The notes under the pieces were generated by a model. It was not told the origin of the DNA. It ran no database searches and saw only the letters and a list, made by a program, of their open reading frames with translations. From Octopus sinensis (lineage: Eukaryota), in contig NC_043009.1 in NCBI RefSeq assembly GCF_006345805.1, forward strand, positions 43,772,001 to 43,836,000: a stretch of 64,000 nucleotides of DNA, written 5' to 3'. Both the position numbers and the translations under genes were made by a program. Shown piece by piece: positions 1 through 13,181 of this stretch (its first letter is position 1; every line of letters begins with the position of its first letter).

Positions 1-324
1 ATGCATATGTGTATATCTACGAATGCATGTGCGTATAAATGCACATATAAGTATGGCTATTATACACAGACATGCATTCATATGCATACTCAAAACACAG
101 ACATACACACATGTGTCTGTATATGAGTGTGCGCGTGTCTGTAAGGGGAGAGAGAGAGAGAATAGAAGAAAAGAGAGAAACAGAGAAGAAACATAGAGGT
201 AGAGGGAGAAAAGGAGAGAGGAAGAAAGGGAGAGACAGAGAGAGAATTAGACAGACATACATAAAGACATTTAGAGACGTTACACTGAAATATGCATCAG
301 TTATTGGTCGAAGTGGACGATATC

Positions 325-367
<43 letters not shown>

Positions 368-414
368 CGTGCGTGCGTGTGTGTGCGTCTGTGTGTATGT
401 GTATTCCTTTATTG

Positions 415-801
415 GTTTCATTGTTTCACTCATTTGACTGTGGCCATGCTGCAGCACCATATTGAAGTGTTTTAAAATCGACCCCAGGACATTTTTTTTA
501 AAGCATGGTACTTATTCTTTCGGTCTCTTTTGCCGAAAAGCTAGATTACAGGAACATGAACACACCAATACCGGTTGCCAACACAGTCTTGAAGACATAC
601 ATAGTTATATACATATATATATATATATATATGTGTGTATACGACGAGCTTCTTTCAGTTTCCGTTTTCCAAATTCACTCACAAGGTTTTGGTTGACCTG
701 AGACTACAGTACAAGACACTTGCCTAAAGTGCCACGCAGTGGGACTGAACCCGAAATCAGGTGTTTGGAAGCAAGCTTGTTATCACAGCCTTGCTTGCGC
801 C
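415..801 (-). mobile_element. SINE family A (tRNA-like head, CORE-like segment, internal TA microsatellite), diverged full-length copy
   Basis: Reverse complement aligns by eye with the 40455-40860 copy: B-box-like GGTTCAGTCCC, GGCAAGTGTCTT segment, tail CAGCATGGCCACAGTCAAATGA. Confidence 0.85.
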
Positions 802-942
802 TATGCATATATATACATAAATAAATATAAATAAGAAACAGAAATTAGAAGTCTCAGTAAATAGCATAGGAGAGAGAGGGGGAGTGAGAGAGAGAGGGGA
901 GAGTGAGAAATAGAGAGAGAAGAAGAGAGAGGTGCAGAGAAC

Positions 943-944
943 GA

Positions 945-1040
<96 letters not shown>

Positions 1041-1121
1041 AGAAAGAAAGAAAGAAATAAGAAAGAAAGAAAGAAAGAAAGAAATAAGAAAGAAAGAAAG
1101 AAACAAAGAAACAAAGAAAGA
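943..1121. repeat. (GAAA)n microsatellite
   Basis: Directly visible. Confidence 0.97.
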
Positions 1122-1545
1122 AATAGAGGGAGAAGCAAAGAGAGGAAAACAGACAGAAACAGGCATGTCTTCGAGATAAAAATCGGTAGATGCTTGATCT
1201 GACAAGGTATCACAATTTAGTATGACACCCATAAATATTAGGGGCCGCCAGATGGTACTTTACTGTCCTTGGTTTTAACAGATTCATCTATAGAGATGAG
1301 ACCCACCGCCGTATATATATATCATATCACCAGTGCAGCTATTTGAACCCCGCGGCGCTTACATAGCGCAGATTCTAGATAAATGAAAGAATGCGTTAAA
1401 ATAACTGACCATTTCTCTGCGACTATCGAAAACATGTTTGTCTTGCTAACGAGTAACGTTTCCACGTATTGAATGTCTTACGATGCAGCTTTTGACTCCA
1501 TGGGTGGTAAACACCGTTATATGTGCTTGTGCACACATACACACA

Positions 1546-1576
<31 letters not shown>

Positions 1577-1637
1577 CATCACACATATACAACACACACG
1601 CACATTCACAGATACACACACATACACACATACAAGC

Positions 1638-1698
<61 letters not shown>

Positions 1699-1705
1699 CA
1701 AGCAT

Positions 1706-1748
<43 letters not shown>

Positions 1749-2064
1749 GCACACAGACATATACATAGTACAAACATGCATATACGTGTACATACATACG
1801 TACATAAAGATATACGTATATATAAACATATATACTTGCTTCTACGTACACACCAATACACATACGTATACCCAAATGCACACACGCACTCACAAACACT
1901 TATACATACGTGTGTATAAATGTGTGTGTGTATGTGTGTGTGTGTGAGTATGTATGTATTCATGTATGCATGCTTGTATGCAACACACATTCTATTGAGT
2001 TAAAATAAATTTAAAGAATAAAGAAACTTTACCTGCTTTCTCCCGTTTTATTTCTGTCCCCCCT

Positions 2065-2096
<32 letters not shown>

Positions 2097-2519
2097 ACTC
2101 TTTCTCTCATTTCTCTCTCCCTCTTTTTCTTCTCTATTTTTTTCATTGTCTAATTCTGTCTCTCCCTCTCTTTCTTACTCTATGTGCTTCGGTGGCAGAG
2201 ATCCACAAGTAAGGCTCAATTCGGCAGAGGCCCACAAATAGGGGTTGCTTAGCTGCAAACATGGGATACTCTGGGAGAGAGTCACAGATATGGATTGCTT
2301 TTTGTTAGAGTGCCACAAATACAGGTTTCTTAAATTGAGTGCTACAAATCCGCATGCTATATTGTCAACAAAATCTATTGAAATAATACCCGAAGAAACG
2401 GGCAGCTGAGTCATCTGTTGTAGAATTCGAACTTAGAACGCGGAGGGACAAAACTGAATTTCTATTTTCTTGATTTCGAACGTTCGGTTAACTCAATAAA
2501 ATCGCTGATTTTCTGCTTT

Positions 2520-2670
2520 CAACGTTTGAACTGTAAGTTTCCCTCGAATCACACCCGTTTTCTTCAAAAAGGAAAATATATTTCTAAATACAATGTGCCT
2601 TGAAAAAGAGGGGATTGTCATGGTTACAACGTCTTTGATCAAAGGGTGATAAGGCCGATCTAACCAACAA
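2520..2670 (+). repeat. Dispersed repeat family D (unclassified, about 180 bp)
   Basis: Motifs CTCGAATCACACCC...AAAAAGG and GTCTTTGATCA are shared with 47960-48160, 19715-19845 and, on the minus strand, 21480-22040 and 30150-30350. Confidence 0.6.
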
Positions 2671-2859
2671 AAGCGAAAGGTCAATTTTCTAGCCGATAAT
2701 CTTGACTACAAGCTTAAATTTTAATTTGCCATATTGAATTCCGGGAGTGGTTTGTAATATGCAAAATTAAGTATCCCAGAAATCATTTAGCTTACATAAT
2801 TAATACTTAATTACAATAGAAATCTTGCTATATATGAAACTGGAAAAACGGCTAGTTGG

Positions 2860-3030
2860 CATAATCATTAACACGCAGGGGCAAAATCTCTATCGGCATT
2901 TCGTCGATCTTTACGTTCTGAGTTTGGATTCTGCCAGGGTCTCAATTTTGCGTTTCATCCTTTTGGGGTCGATGAAATAAGTACCAGTTACACACTGGGG
3001 TAAATGTGATCAACTCATCCCCTTTCCTTG
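2860..3030 (+). mobile_element. SINE family B, diverged copy
   Basis: TTTCATCCTTTTGGGGTCGATGAAATAAGTACCAGTTACACACTGGGG core; a second remnant lies at 3192-3340. Confidence 0.8.
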
Positions 3031-3356
3031 AAACCAACATTGACAAGAATTTTAAAATTTACTGCAAGAAGCAATTTTGTAGTCTTCAAAATTAAGTATA
3101 AAAAAAAAATTAATCCTGTATAAGATCAACTACATGTACAATTTTTTAAGTATGTAAATTTGATTATGAATTCTACTTACTGCAAAAGTAAGGCAGCAAA
3201 TTGGTAGAATTGTTAATACGTCGGACAGAATGCTCAGCGTCATTTTTTTCAGGCTCTTTACCTTGTGTTCAAATCCCGCCAAAGTTAATTTTGCCTTTTA
3301 TCCTTCTGGGGTTAATAAAATAAGTAACACTTCAGCATTGTAATTGATATAATCTA

Positions 3357-3741
3357 AAGGAAAGCACTCCGTCGGTTACGACGATGAGGGTTCCGGTTGA
3401 TCCGAATCAACGGAACAGCCTGCTCGTGAAATTAACGTGTAAGTGGCTGAGCACTCCACAGACACGTGTACCCTTAACGTAGTTCTCGGGGATATTCAGC
3501 GTGACACAGAGAGTGACAAGGCCGGCCCTTTGGAATACAGGTACAACAGAAACAGGAAGTAAGAGTGAGAGAAAGTTGTGGTGAAAGAGTACAGCAGGGA
3601 TCACCACCATCCCCTGCTGGAGCCGCGTGGAGCTTTAGGTGTTTTCGCTCAATAAACACTCACAACGCCCGGTCTGGGAATCGAAACCGCGATCCTATGA
3701 CCGCGAGTCCGCTGCCCTAACCACTGGGCCATTGCGCCTCC
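3357..3741 (-). mobile_element. SINE family C, full-length young copy with 15-bp target-site duplication
   Basis: Minus strand starts GGAGGCGCAATGGCCCAGTGGTTAGGGC (A box) and has GGTTTCGATTCCC (B box). Perfect direct repeat AATTGATATAATCTA at 3342-3356 and 3742-3756. Confidence 0.92.
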
Positions 3742-4284
3742 AATTGATATAATCTATCAGGTTGAGTAAAAGGTTTTTTGAAGAAAACGGGTGTGATTCG
3801 AGGGAAACTTCTGAACAGGTCAAACGTTTTGAACCATGAAGAAGTTGTATCGATTTTTGCAGAGTTTTGGATCTTTTTAAAACATTTTTTTTTTTTTGCA
3901 ATTCTCTGATAATACAGATATAGACTTGCTCAAATGCATCAATAAATTAACATTGATATTTTTTTCCCCGTTGTTACAATCATCTGAACTTGTTTGTGAG
4001 TGTTGCTTGTGGTGTTGTTCGAAAAGTTTGGTTGTAAGTTGTAAAATTTGTGGTTAAGCTGTTGGATTTGCACTGTTGAATTATCACGTTGATGAACTTT
4101 TGTCGGGTGTTTTTTAAACACCTATTTTTCTGCTTGTGGCAGTCCTTTGTTAACGTTTTCTCCCTTGTTTGAAGGGGGAAAATATTACAATTTTCGTCGG
4201 GCATTTAAGCCCAGCTATGAATAAATCTCCAGTAAAAATACAACCAACTTTGTAAATTGCGAAAGCAGTTCTGTCTTAAAAAGC

Positions 4285-5400
4285 ATGCCAACAGACGATG
4301 AATTTATAAATGGAAAAAAAAAAACGAATTTTGCAGCAGCCGCAGGTGTAACGCTCAAAAATCTAAAATGTGACCACGACAAATTAACGAAAGACAAAGG
4401 AATGATAAAAAGGGAGGAGAGCGAAACTAAAATTACCCCTCCCAGTGAGACAACGCACAAAGCTCTTCGATTTACGCTAATCTACAAATTGTTTTTGTTA
4501 AAAACTTTAAAATTGGATATGACCAGCAAAGAAGCGGTCGAGTTGTGTCTGAGACCAGTGTGGAATGATGTGGCATACCTTACAAGGGAAACCAAATATG
4601 CCACGATCGAAGTGCGTTTTAAGACCAAAGAAAAATCCAAGCAGGCGTCGACAGAATCTCTAAAAACATCAGAGGTGGTTCTCCTGCCTACATATCTTGG
4701 AAGGCGGGCTTTCAAAATTAAGGTGGGAGATATACCACCTGAGGTGGACCCTGCTTGGCTAGTGGCTGCTATCACCGCGGGCTTGGAGGACAAAATAACT
4801 ATCCTCCAAACCACTGCAACGGAGCTCCAAAATTGGTAAGAGCAGGGGCTTGAAATGTTGATACAGGCGGTCCCTGCTGACCTAGAAAATATCATTGATA
4901 GTATACTGGTGGTGGAGACCAAGCTGCGAGCGATGGTCGAAGGGAGAAAGCTTCGTTGTTAGAAATGTTGCCAAAGAGGCCACAATAGAGCTGAGCGCCA
5001 ACCTCCCCCCGAGAAAGAGACGGTGCTCCCACCTACCGAGACACTCAAAGAGACACCAAAAGAGATACCAACGAAAACTGAATTCACACACCTTGATAGT
5101 TTCCTGCGAGAGAAGAAGTTAAAAAATCAAATCGATGCATTCAAAGAGTTCATCAGCTCCAGAACTCCAAATTTTTATGTTACCGGAATAAACAAACTTG
5201 TAACTCGTTAGCAAAAATGTGTTGATTGTAACAGTACTTACTTTGATGAATAAAATTTATGTATTGTTGAAAAATATTTTGATGAATTTCATCAGGCTAT
5301 TTTGCAAAGATTAATAACAGCCAAACAATTGTGTTGTCGTCAAAATGAAGAAATCTATGATTTCATTCAGAAACAATTTTATAGAGTAACAATTTATTAC
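4285..5400 (+). pseudogene. Decayed ORF1/gag-like gene of a non-LTR retrotransposon (L1/Tx1-like) with zinc knuckle
   Basis: The 184-aa ORF continues in frame through stops: *EQGLEMLIQ...VEGRKLRC*KCCQRGHNRAER is CX2CX4HX4C with the last Cys as CGC. It joins the 5023-5211 ORF. N-terminal FAAAA motif and RRM-like KIKVGDIPP. Confidence 0.7.
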
Positions 5401-5710
5401 AAGTGTGCAATTCTTAGCGTAAAAATATTACTGCAAAAGCAATGTTTGTGGCGTAAAATATAACTGAATTACTTCTTGAATGTTACTGATAGCTATTTTT
5501 ATTGTTTCCGATTGGATGATCAATGTGATTTGAATGCAGACATTATGAGATCGAAGACACAGTGATCACAAAACATCGCATCCGGTATATACCGTTTGAT
5601 AAAAAGTTCAAAATAGGTATAAAGTTAATAAACCTTCAGGGGTGTAGCGAGTAAAGTTTCTAGGAGTGAGAAAACGCATTAAAGGGTGTTGTAACTGGGA
5701 ATTCAGGCAC

Positions 5711-5739
5711 TTCTTCTTCTTCTTCTTCTTCTTCTTCTC

Positions 5740-5781
<42 letters not shown>

Positions 5782-5806
5782 TTTCTTCTTCTTCTACTTC
5801 TTCTTC

Positions 5807-5838
<32 letters not shown>

Positions 5839-5884
5839 CTTCTTCTTCTACTACTACTACTACTACTACTACTATTTCTTCTTC

Positions 5885-5916
<32 letters not shown>

Positions 5917-6065
5917 CTACTACTACTACTACTACTACTACTATTTCTTCTTCTACTTCTTCTTCTTCTTACTTCTTCTACTTCTTCTTCTTCTTCTTCT
6001 ACTTCTTCTTCTTCTACTTCTTCTACTTCTACTTCTACTTCTTCTACTTCTTCTTCTTCTACTTC

Positions 6066-6136
<71 letters not shown>

Positions 6137-6146
6137 TTACTTATTC

Positions 6147-6210
<64 letters not shown>

Positions 6211-6313
6211 TATACTTCTTCTTCTTCTTCTTCTTCTACTACTACTACTACTACTACTACTATTTACTACTAAACTAATACTTATTCTACTTCTTCTTCT
6301 TCTTCTTCTTCTT

Positions 6314-6345
<32 letters not shown>

Positions 6346-6470
6346 TATACTTCTTCTTCTTCTTCTTCTTCTACTACTACTACTACTACTACTTCTTCTT
6401 CTACTTCTTCTACTTCTTCTTCTTCTTCTTCTTCTCCTTCTTCAGCAACTACTACTATTTCTTCTTCTTC
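5711..6470. repeat. Compound (TTC)n/(CTA)n microsatellite, about 760 bp
   Basis: Directly visible; source of the spurious 307-aa F/Y/L ORF. Confidence 0.97.
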
Positions 6471-6884
6471 TCATATCTTCCTTCTGTTTCTCTTCCTTCT
6501 ATTTTCATTCTCGTCGTCGTCGTCGTTATCATCTTCCTCGTCGCCTCTTCGAATTTTCCAATACTTCTTCATTTTCATCTTCCCTTTAGTTTTTTTTTTT
6601 ATTTTCCTTCTTCCTGTTTCCCTTGTTTGTACGCTTCTTTTCTCTTCTTCTTCATCTTCACCTTCTTATATTTCAACTTCTTCTTCATCATCTTCATCTT
6701 CTTCATTAATTATTCTTTCACCATTCCTTGTTTTCTTTCAATAATACTTTTCCTACATCATCTTTCACAAGTTTTTGGGGGTTTTTTTTCGAAAACATTT
6801 TCTTGTTTCTTGTTCTTCATCATTAATTCCTCTTTCTTCTTGTCGGCGTTGTGCTTATAGTTGTCGCTATTTTATTTCTTACAC

Positions 6885-6885
6885 T

Positions 6886-6919
<34 letters not shown>

Positions 6920-7279
6920 CCACTATCACCATTTTCGTTTTGTTTTGAATGTATATTATTTTTCTTTCTTTATAGCCATTTTTTCCGATTCTCTATTATT
7001 TAGACGTGTTCATGTCAGCTTGTAGCAGTACCACAAGACAACATCTCTACAGGTTATTCTATTATTACAATTATTATTATTGTTATTATTATTATTTTAT
7101 TGTTGTTGTTGTTGTTATTGTTATTGTTATTGTTGTTACTATTACTCTTATTATTATTGCTATTATTTTTGCAGTTTGTTACTGATATTGTTTTGTTTTT
7201 TCGTTATAGTCAGTATGGTAATCATCATCATCTGCTACTTCCTAGTCCTCGTCGTTGTTGTTATCAGCAGCATCATTAC

Positions 7280-7369
<90 letters not shown>

Positions 7370-8235
7370 AACTACCACATCATCACCACTGTCATCATCA
7401 TCATCATCACAACGCCTTCGTCGTCGTCATCATCATCGTCATCCTCTTTTTCCTCCTCCCTTCACCTCCTTTTCCTCCTCTTCATCATCACCACCTTCAT
7501 CATTATCATCATCGTCACCATCATCATCATCAGTAGCAGCACCATCATCATCGTCTCCATCCTCCTCCTTCTCCTTATAGTCGTCGTCGTCATCATCATC
7601 GTCATTATCGTCGTCGTTGTCATCCTCTTCATCATCATTATCATCACGCTCACCATCATTATCATCACCACCACCATCATCATCATCATTGTCATGATCA
7701 TCATCATCATCGTCGTCGTTGTGATCATCATCATCACTATTATTATTAATGTTTGGCATTGTCCTCTGATGTTCAGTATGTTACGATCTTTTATTTTTAC
7801 ATTATATATATATATATATTATTATTATTATTTATTTTTTTATATTTTTTTCTTTTTCTTTTTCTTTGCTTTGGTCTTTGTAACATCTTGGCATGCTTTT
7901 AGTGGTAAGACGCTTAAGTTGTTTCTTTAGAATTCAAGAATTTTCCGTGATGTTCTCAGCCTTTGTTTATTGCTTCAAGGTCTGTTGAATCCCAATTAAG
8001 AACTGCACACTCGTAAAAGGTGTTAATTGCAATCATGATGTTTTGCAAGTTTTATTCCACATCTCGTCCTTCACAGAATCTCATGAATTTTACCTTTTTT
8101 TCTTTACTTTTTCTCTTTATTTTTCCATGTGTTTTTTCTATTCTTTTATGTGTCCTTGTCGTTCTTTATTTTTATATTATTATTATTATATTATTATTAT
8201 TATTATTATCATTATTATTATTATCATAATTATTA

Positions 8236-8310
<75 letters not shown>

Positions 8311-8350
8311 CATTATTATTATTATTATTATTATCATCATTATCATTATT
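6885..8350. repeat. Cluster of (CAT)n, (TTG)n and (TTA)n microsatellites
   Basis: Directly visible. Confidence 0.93.
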
Positions 8351-8877
8351 TTACTGTGATCATTTTGCCGCAATTTTCCCCCAAACGTTTGAAAAAACAA
8401 AATCATGTTTTTGTTTGTACTTTTGGGGGTTTTTTTGTAGTTTTTTTTTGTTTATTTCTGTTTCAATTTTTACTTTTTGAGGAGCGATGGGTATTTCCAC
8501 CACCAAGACCACCCTCCCCGATAGACTCATTTGATGTGTTAATTTGTTTTTTGTTTAATTTATTTTATTCTAATTCCATTTTTAAACATAATTTTATCAA
8601 TCTGTTGAAGATATTTCTGGTGTTGTTGCTATTATTGTTGTTGATGATTATGATTTTGATGTTGATGTTATGTTGTTGTTGCTGTAGTGTATTATTATTA
8701 TTATCATCATCATCATCATTATTTTTGTTGTTGTTTCTGTGGTTGTTTTAATTTTGTAATTTGCAGTGTCATTTCTGTTGATGAATTTCCTCTGTTCGTT
8801 CTCTGAATAATAAAGACATTCATTTTGTTTACTATTGTTTTACATCTGATTCGAAGCTGGCTCATGTATGGATGCAT

Positions 8878-8884
8878 ATACATC

Positions 8885-8948
<64 letters not shown>

Positions 8949-9053
8949 CATACATACATATATACATACATACATACATACATACGTACATACATACGTA
9001 CGTACATACGTACATGTATGTGTGTGATTGTATATGTATGTGCGTGTATCTAT

Positions 9054-9087
<34 letters not shown>

Positions 9088-9174
9088 TTAATAGGTAGAT
9101 ATATAGATAGATAGGTAGGTAGGTAGATAGATAGATAAGTTTCTTTATTGGCCACACAGGGCTGCACACAGATG

Positions 9175-9211
<37 letters not shown>

Positions 9212-9805
9212 TACATGATGCACACATATATGCATGCGTATATTAAAATGCACATACATGCATACATTTATGCTTGCACACATATATACCCATACATACG
9301 TACAAAACATAAACAAACACACATGCATATATATATATATAAACACATATATACACAAACACACATACATACAAAAACATACACACACATACATATACAC
9401 AAACACATATGTACATACATACATATATACAAGCATACATACATACATATATACATACACAGACACATATACATACATAAATACACAAACACATACATAT
9501 ATACACAAGCATGCATACCTACATACATACACAGGCACACATACATACATACATACATACATTCATACGTACATATATACATAAATACATACACAAACAC
9601 ATATATACACACGCATACATACGTGCATACATACATACATAAGACACACATACAAACACACATACATATATACACAGGCATACATATACAAACACATATA
9701 TATATATACACAAGCATACATACGTGCATTCATACATATATACACACATACATACACACATACATACATACGTACATACATACATAATACATACATACAT
9801 ATATA
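8878..9805. repeat. (ATAC)n/(GATA)n and degenerate CA/TA low-complexity tract
   Basis: Directly visible. Confidence 0.93.
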
Positions 9806-9883
9806 AGTCAGTTAAATCCTTACACGCTACAATCGCTTAGTAACTATTGAGTGCTTTGTTAATATGCAATATGAGATTTGTGA

Positions 9884-10170
9884 GGGCTTATAGCCTTGTG
9901 ATTATTGCGATACACTCACAATCGCGAAATCACGGTTTCGATCCTTGGACAGGGCAGTGCTTTGTATTCTTTGTATTCTTCAGCAAAACACATCATCTTA
10001 TATTTACTCTGCGATCACTTTGGCACCTGACGTGTGGCACACCGTGCACCTGTTCAGGTAACGTCGATCATGTGGAGGGAGTGTGCTAATATACAGCACA
10101 TAGATTTGATCAATATAAACAAATCATCTGCGAATGTTGTTCTCCGAAAAATTGCAGAACCGTCTTTCTC
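9884..10170 (+). mobile_element. Old tRNA-headed SINE-like element
   Basis: TAGCCTTGTGATTA (A-box-like) and CACGGTTTCGATCCTTGGACAGGGC, which resembles the family C head; the body differs. Confidence 0.5.
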
Positions 10171-10312
10171 GGACTCGGGTGATTATCATTAATATGCGAT
10201 TTAATTCCTCTCGTGGGACCAAACCTCTAACAGACACAACCTATTATAAACCACGATTTAAATAAGCTTTAGAACTCGAGTAAAATCAAAATTTTACATG
10301 GAATGAAACCAT

Positions 10313-10647
10313 TTCTTCTTCACCTCCTTCTTCTTTTTCTTCTCTTTTCTTTTTCGTCTTCTTTTATTTTCTTTTTTCTTCCCTTCTTCTTACTTTTCTT
10401 CTCTTTTCTATTCTTTTTTCCTGCCCTTTCTTCTTTCTTTCCTTCTTCTTCTTCTTCTTCTTCTTCTTCTCTTCTTCTTCTTCTTCTTCTTCTTCTTCTT
10501 CTATCTTTTTTCTTCCCTTTTTCTTCTTACGCCTCTTCTTTTCCTCTTTCTATTCATTTTCTACACCCTTTTCTTCTTTCCCTCTTCTTCTTCTTCTTCG
10601 TCTTCTTCTTCTTCTTCCTTCTTCTTCTTCTTCTTCTTCTTCTTCTT

Positions 10648-10678
<31 letters not shown>

Positions 10679-11550
10679 TACTACTACTATCTCTTTTCTT
10701 CCCTTTTTCTTCTTACTCCTCTTCTTTTCCTCTTGTTTATTCTTTTCTCCACCCTTTTCTTCTTTCCCTCTCCTTCTTCTTCATCACTTTCTTCTTCTTC
10801 TTCTACTTCTACTCCTCTTTTCTTTTCTTCATCTTCTCTTCCTCCTCCACCTCTTATCTTCCCGTTCCTCCTTCCACTCTTTCTACTCCTACTTACTCTC
10901 CCTTTTGCAGGGGACTTATCGCAGTTTCCTCACCCACACCCCCATTATCTCAAAAAACACTCAACAAGTTTAACATCAAACTAAGAGCAACCTACACAAT
11001 CTTTTACACCACCGCCACCATCACCACCGCCACCATCACCACCGCCACCATCACCACAGCCACCATCACCACCGCCACCATCACCACAGCCACTATCACC
11101 ACCACCACCAGCATTACCATCACCATCATCATCACCACTGACATGAACAACTACCATCACTAGCACAACCAACACCACTACAACGATCAGCATCAACACC
11201 ACTACTACGACGACGATCACCACCACCACCACCACCATCACAATCATCATCCTTACCACTACAACTATCATCACCAACACTATCAGCACTACGGCGACCA
11301 CCGACCACCATCACAACTACGACGGCCACACCGTCCACCACCAACCACTATGACTGCCACCACCGTCACTAGCTCCACGACCATCATCACCACTATGATT
11401 ACGACCAACACCACCTACGACGAGGACCACGCCCACCACTACGACCACCGGCCCCATCATCGCCACCTCCACCGTACCATCATCATCATCATCATCATTA
11501 TCTTCATCATCATCATCATCATCACCATCATCATCATCGTCACCATCATA
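10313..11550. repeat. (TTC)n, (CTA)n and (ACC/ATC)n tracts including a 15-bp unit ACCGCCACCATCACC
   Basis: Directly visible; the 15-bp unit repeats at about 11008-11100. Confidence 0.92.
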
Positions 11551-11609
11551 GAAGATGTTTATAGGAGGGAAGGAGCAATTATTTCGTGGAAGCCATATTT
11601 ATCATATGA

Positions 11610-12052
11610 TGGAATCATAAAAGTGCTTTGGCGAAATCGTTACCAGCGTCGGATAAAAATAACCTGCGTTCAAATCGCCCTGAAGTCGACTTTACCTTTC
11701 ATCGTTTCGAAGTTGATATGATAAAGTACCAGTCGTATACTAGGGTGTCAATGGTATCGACTAACCCTCTCCCTTAAAACTGCTGGCATTGTATGTTAAT
11801 TAAGCGGCATTATTGAGGGAGGTGGATTGACAGAATGCCTTGTGGTATTTGTCCGGTTCTTGACATTTTGAATTCAAATGCCATCTCTCCCAGGGTCGAT
11901 ATAATAAAGTAACAGTCAAGTACTGCGCTTCGATGTAATCGTGTAAAGATTCCTCCAGAATGTCAGGCTTAAGACGGCGAGCTGGCAGAATAGGTAGCAC
12001 GCCAGGAAAAATGCTTAGCGGCATTTCGTCTGTGTTCACGTTCTGAGTTCAA
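11610..12052 (+). mobile_element. Cluster of three diverged or truncated SINE family B pieces
   Basis: Heads such as GGCGAGCTGGCAGAATAGGTAGCACGCC and core GTCGACTTTACCTTTCATC. Confidence 0.7.
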
Positions 12053-12055
12053 ATA

Positions 12056-12484
12056 CCCATCATGACTACCCGTCTGATAAGGGTACACTAGGCACATGCA
12101 TCACAACCACATGTGCGCGACGTGGTGATCTCATATCAAGATAAATAGCACATGACCTTGCCGGTAGGGCTCAGCTAGAATTTTCTTCAGGTTGAGTAGC
12201 CCATCCCGCTCAAGATGTCCCTGAATAAGGGTTGTTTAAGGATGTTGAACAAAACACCCATGCTTCCAGAGGTGAATTATTCAAATCCCAAACAATTCCT
12301 CTCAACCCGTGGCTATGATGCTCCCCCACTACTTCTGCTTGTGTTCAGAGATGCACATATCGTCAGCCACTAAGGAACATGCTCAACAGATTAAGGTCAA
12401 GCAACTGACAAGTAAATCTGTGGTACTGAGCAGAATATTTGCTGTAGTCCATCTTTTATATCAAGACAAAACAATGTACATGAT
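12056..12484 (-). mobile_element. Non-coding element E embedded in (TAA)n
   Basis: 12056-12175 is nearly identical to 12618-12750; the right end abuts (TTA)n; no ORF. Confidence 0.7.
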
Positions 12485-12508
12485 TTATTATTATTATTAT
12501 TATTATTA

Positions 12509-12560
<52 letters not shown>

Positions 12561-12561
<1 letters not shown>

Positions 12562-12736
12562 GAGAGAGCAGTTCATGCCATCAAAGTGACACTGGGGTAG
12601 AATATACGAAGCCCAGTATACCCATCATGACTACCCGTCTGATAAGGGTACACCAGGCACATGCATCACAACCATATGTGCGCGACATGGTGATCTCATA
12701 TCAAGAGAAACAGCACATGGCCTTGCAGATGGGGCC

Positions 12737-12750
<14 letters not shown>
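12561..12750 (-). mobile_element. Element E terminal fragment flanked by (TTA)n on both sides
   Basis: The terminus TGAGAGAGCAG..CATGCCATCAAAGTGACACTGG recurs at 39406-39444, also beside (TTA)n. Confidence 0.75.
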
Positions 12751-12797
<47 letters not shown>

Positions 12798-12800
<3 letters not shown>

Positions 12801-13181
12801 GAAAACTTATTTTGATGGGCATGATGGAAAGCGTCACAGCCAGCAGGCCAAGGCGACACTTGTTTACTGGTCACGCTTCAAGAACCCTTCGAAAAATATT
12901 TCTTGCAACTCCAAGCAATGCTGATTTTTGTAGGTGTTCTACCTTCATACTTGCACCGATCTTTTTTAACCATGCTGGTAGTTGAGTGCTGATACTTCCA
13001 AGTGCACCAATTACTATTGGTATCATTTCTACTCTCTTCATTGACCACAACCATCTCATTTCCCACTTCAAATCGTCATAGTTGTTTATTTTCTTCTTCT
13101 TCTTTGACATTGATCCTGATGTCACTGGGGCAAGCTACGTCGATTATTATACATGTTCTTTCGTTTTTATTCACCATAAAA
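12798..13181 (-). mobile_element. R4/Dong-like non-LTR retrotransposon, 5'-truncated 3' end (REL endonuclease C-terminus and 3' UTR)
   Basis: Translates ...IIDVACP...YDDLKWEMRWLWSMKRVEMIPIVIGALG...LQKSALLG; the 3' end runs into (TAA)n. Confidence 0.88.

Noticed and set aside
3665-3741. tRNA gene (also 40455-40530 and 63268-63325)
   Set aside because: A and B boxes continue into repeat bodies, with a TSD at the 3357 copy; these are SINE heads, not intact cloverleaves.
8790-8850. Polyadenylation site of a host gene (AATAAA plus T-rich tract)
   Set aside because: The motif is common in AT-rich DNA and no upstream exon was identified.
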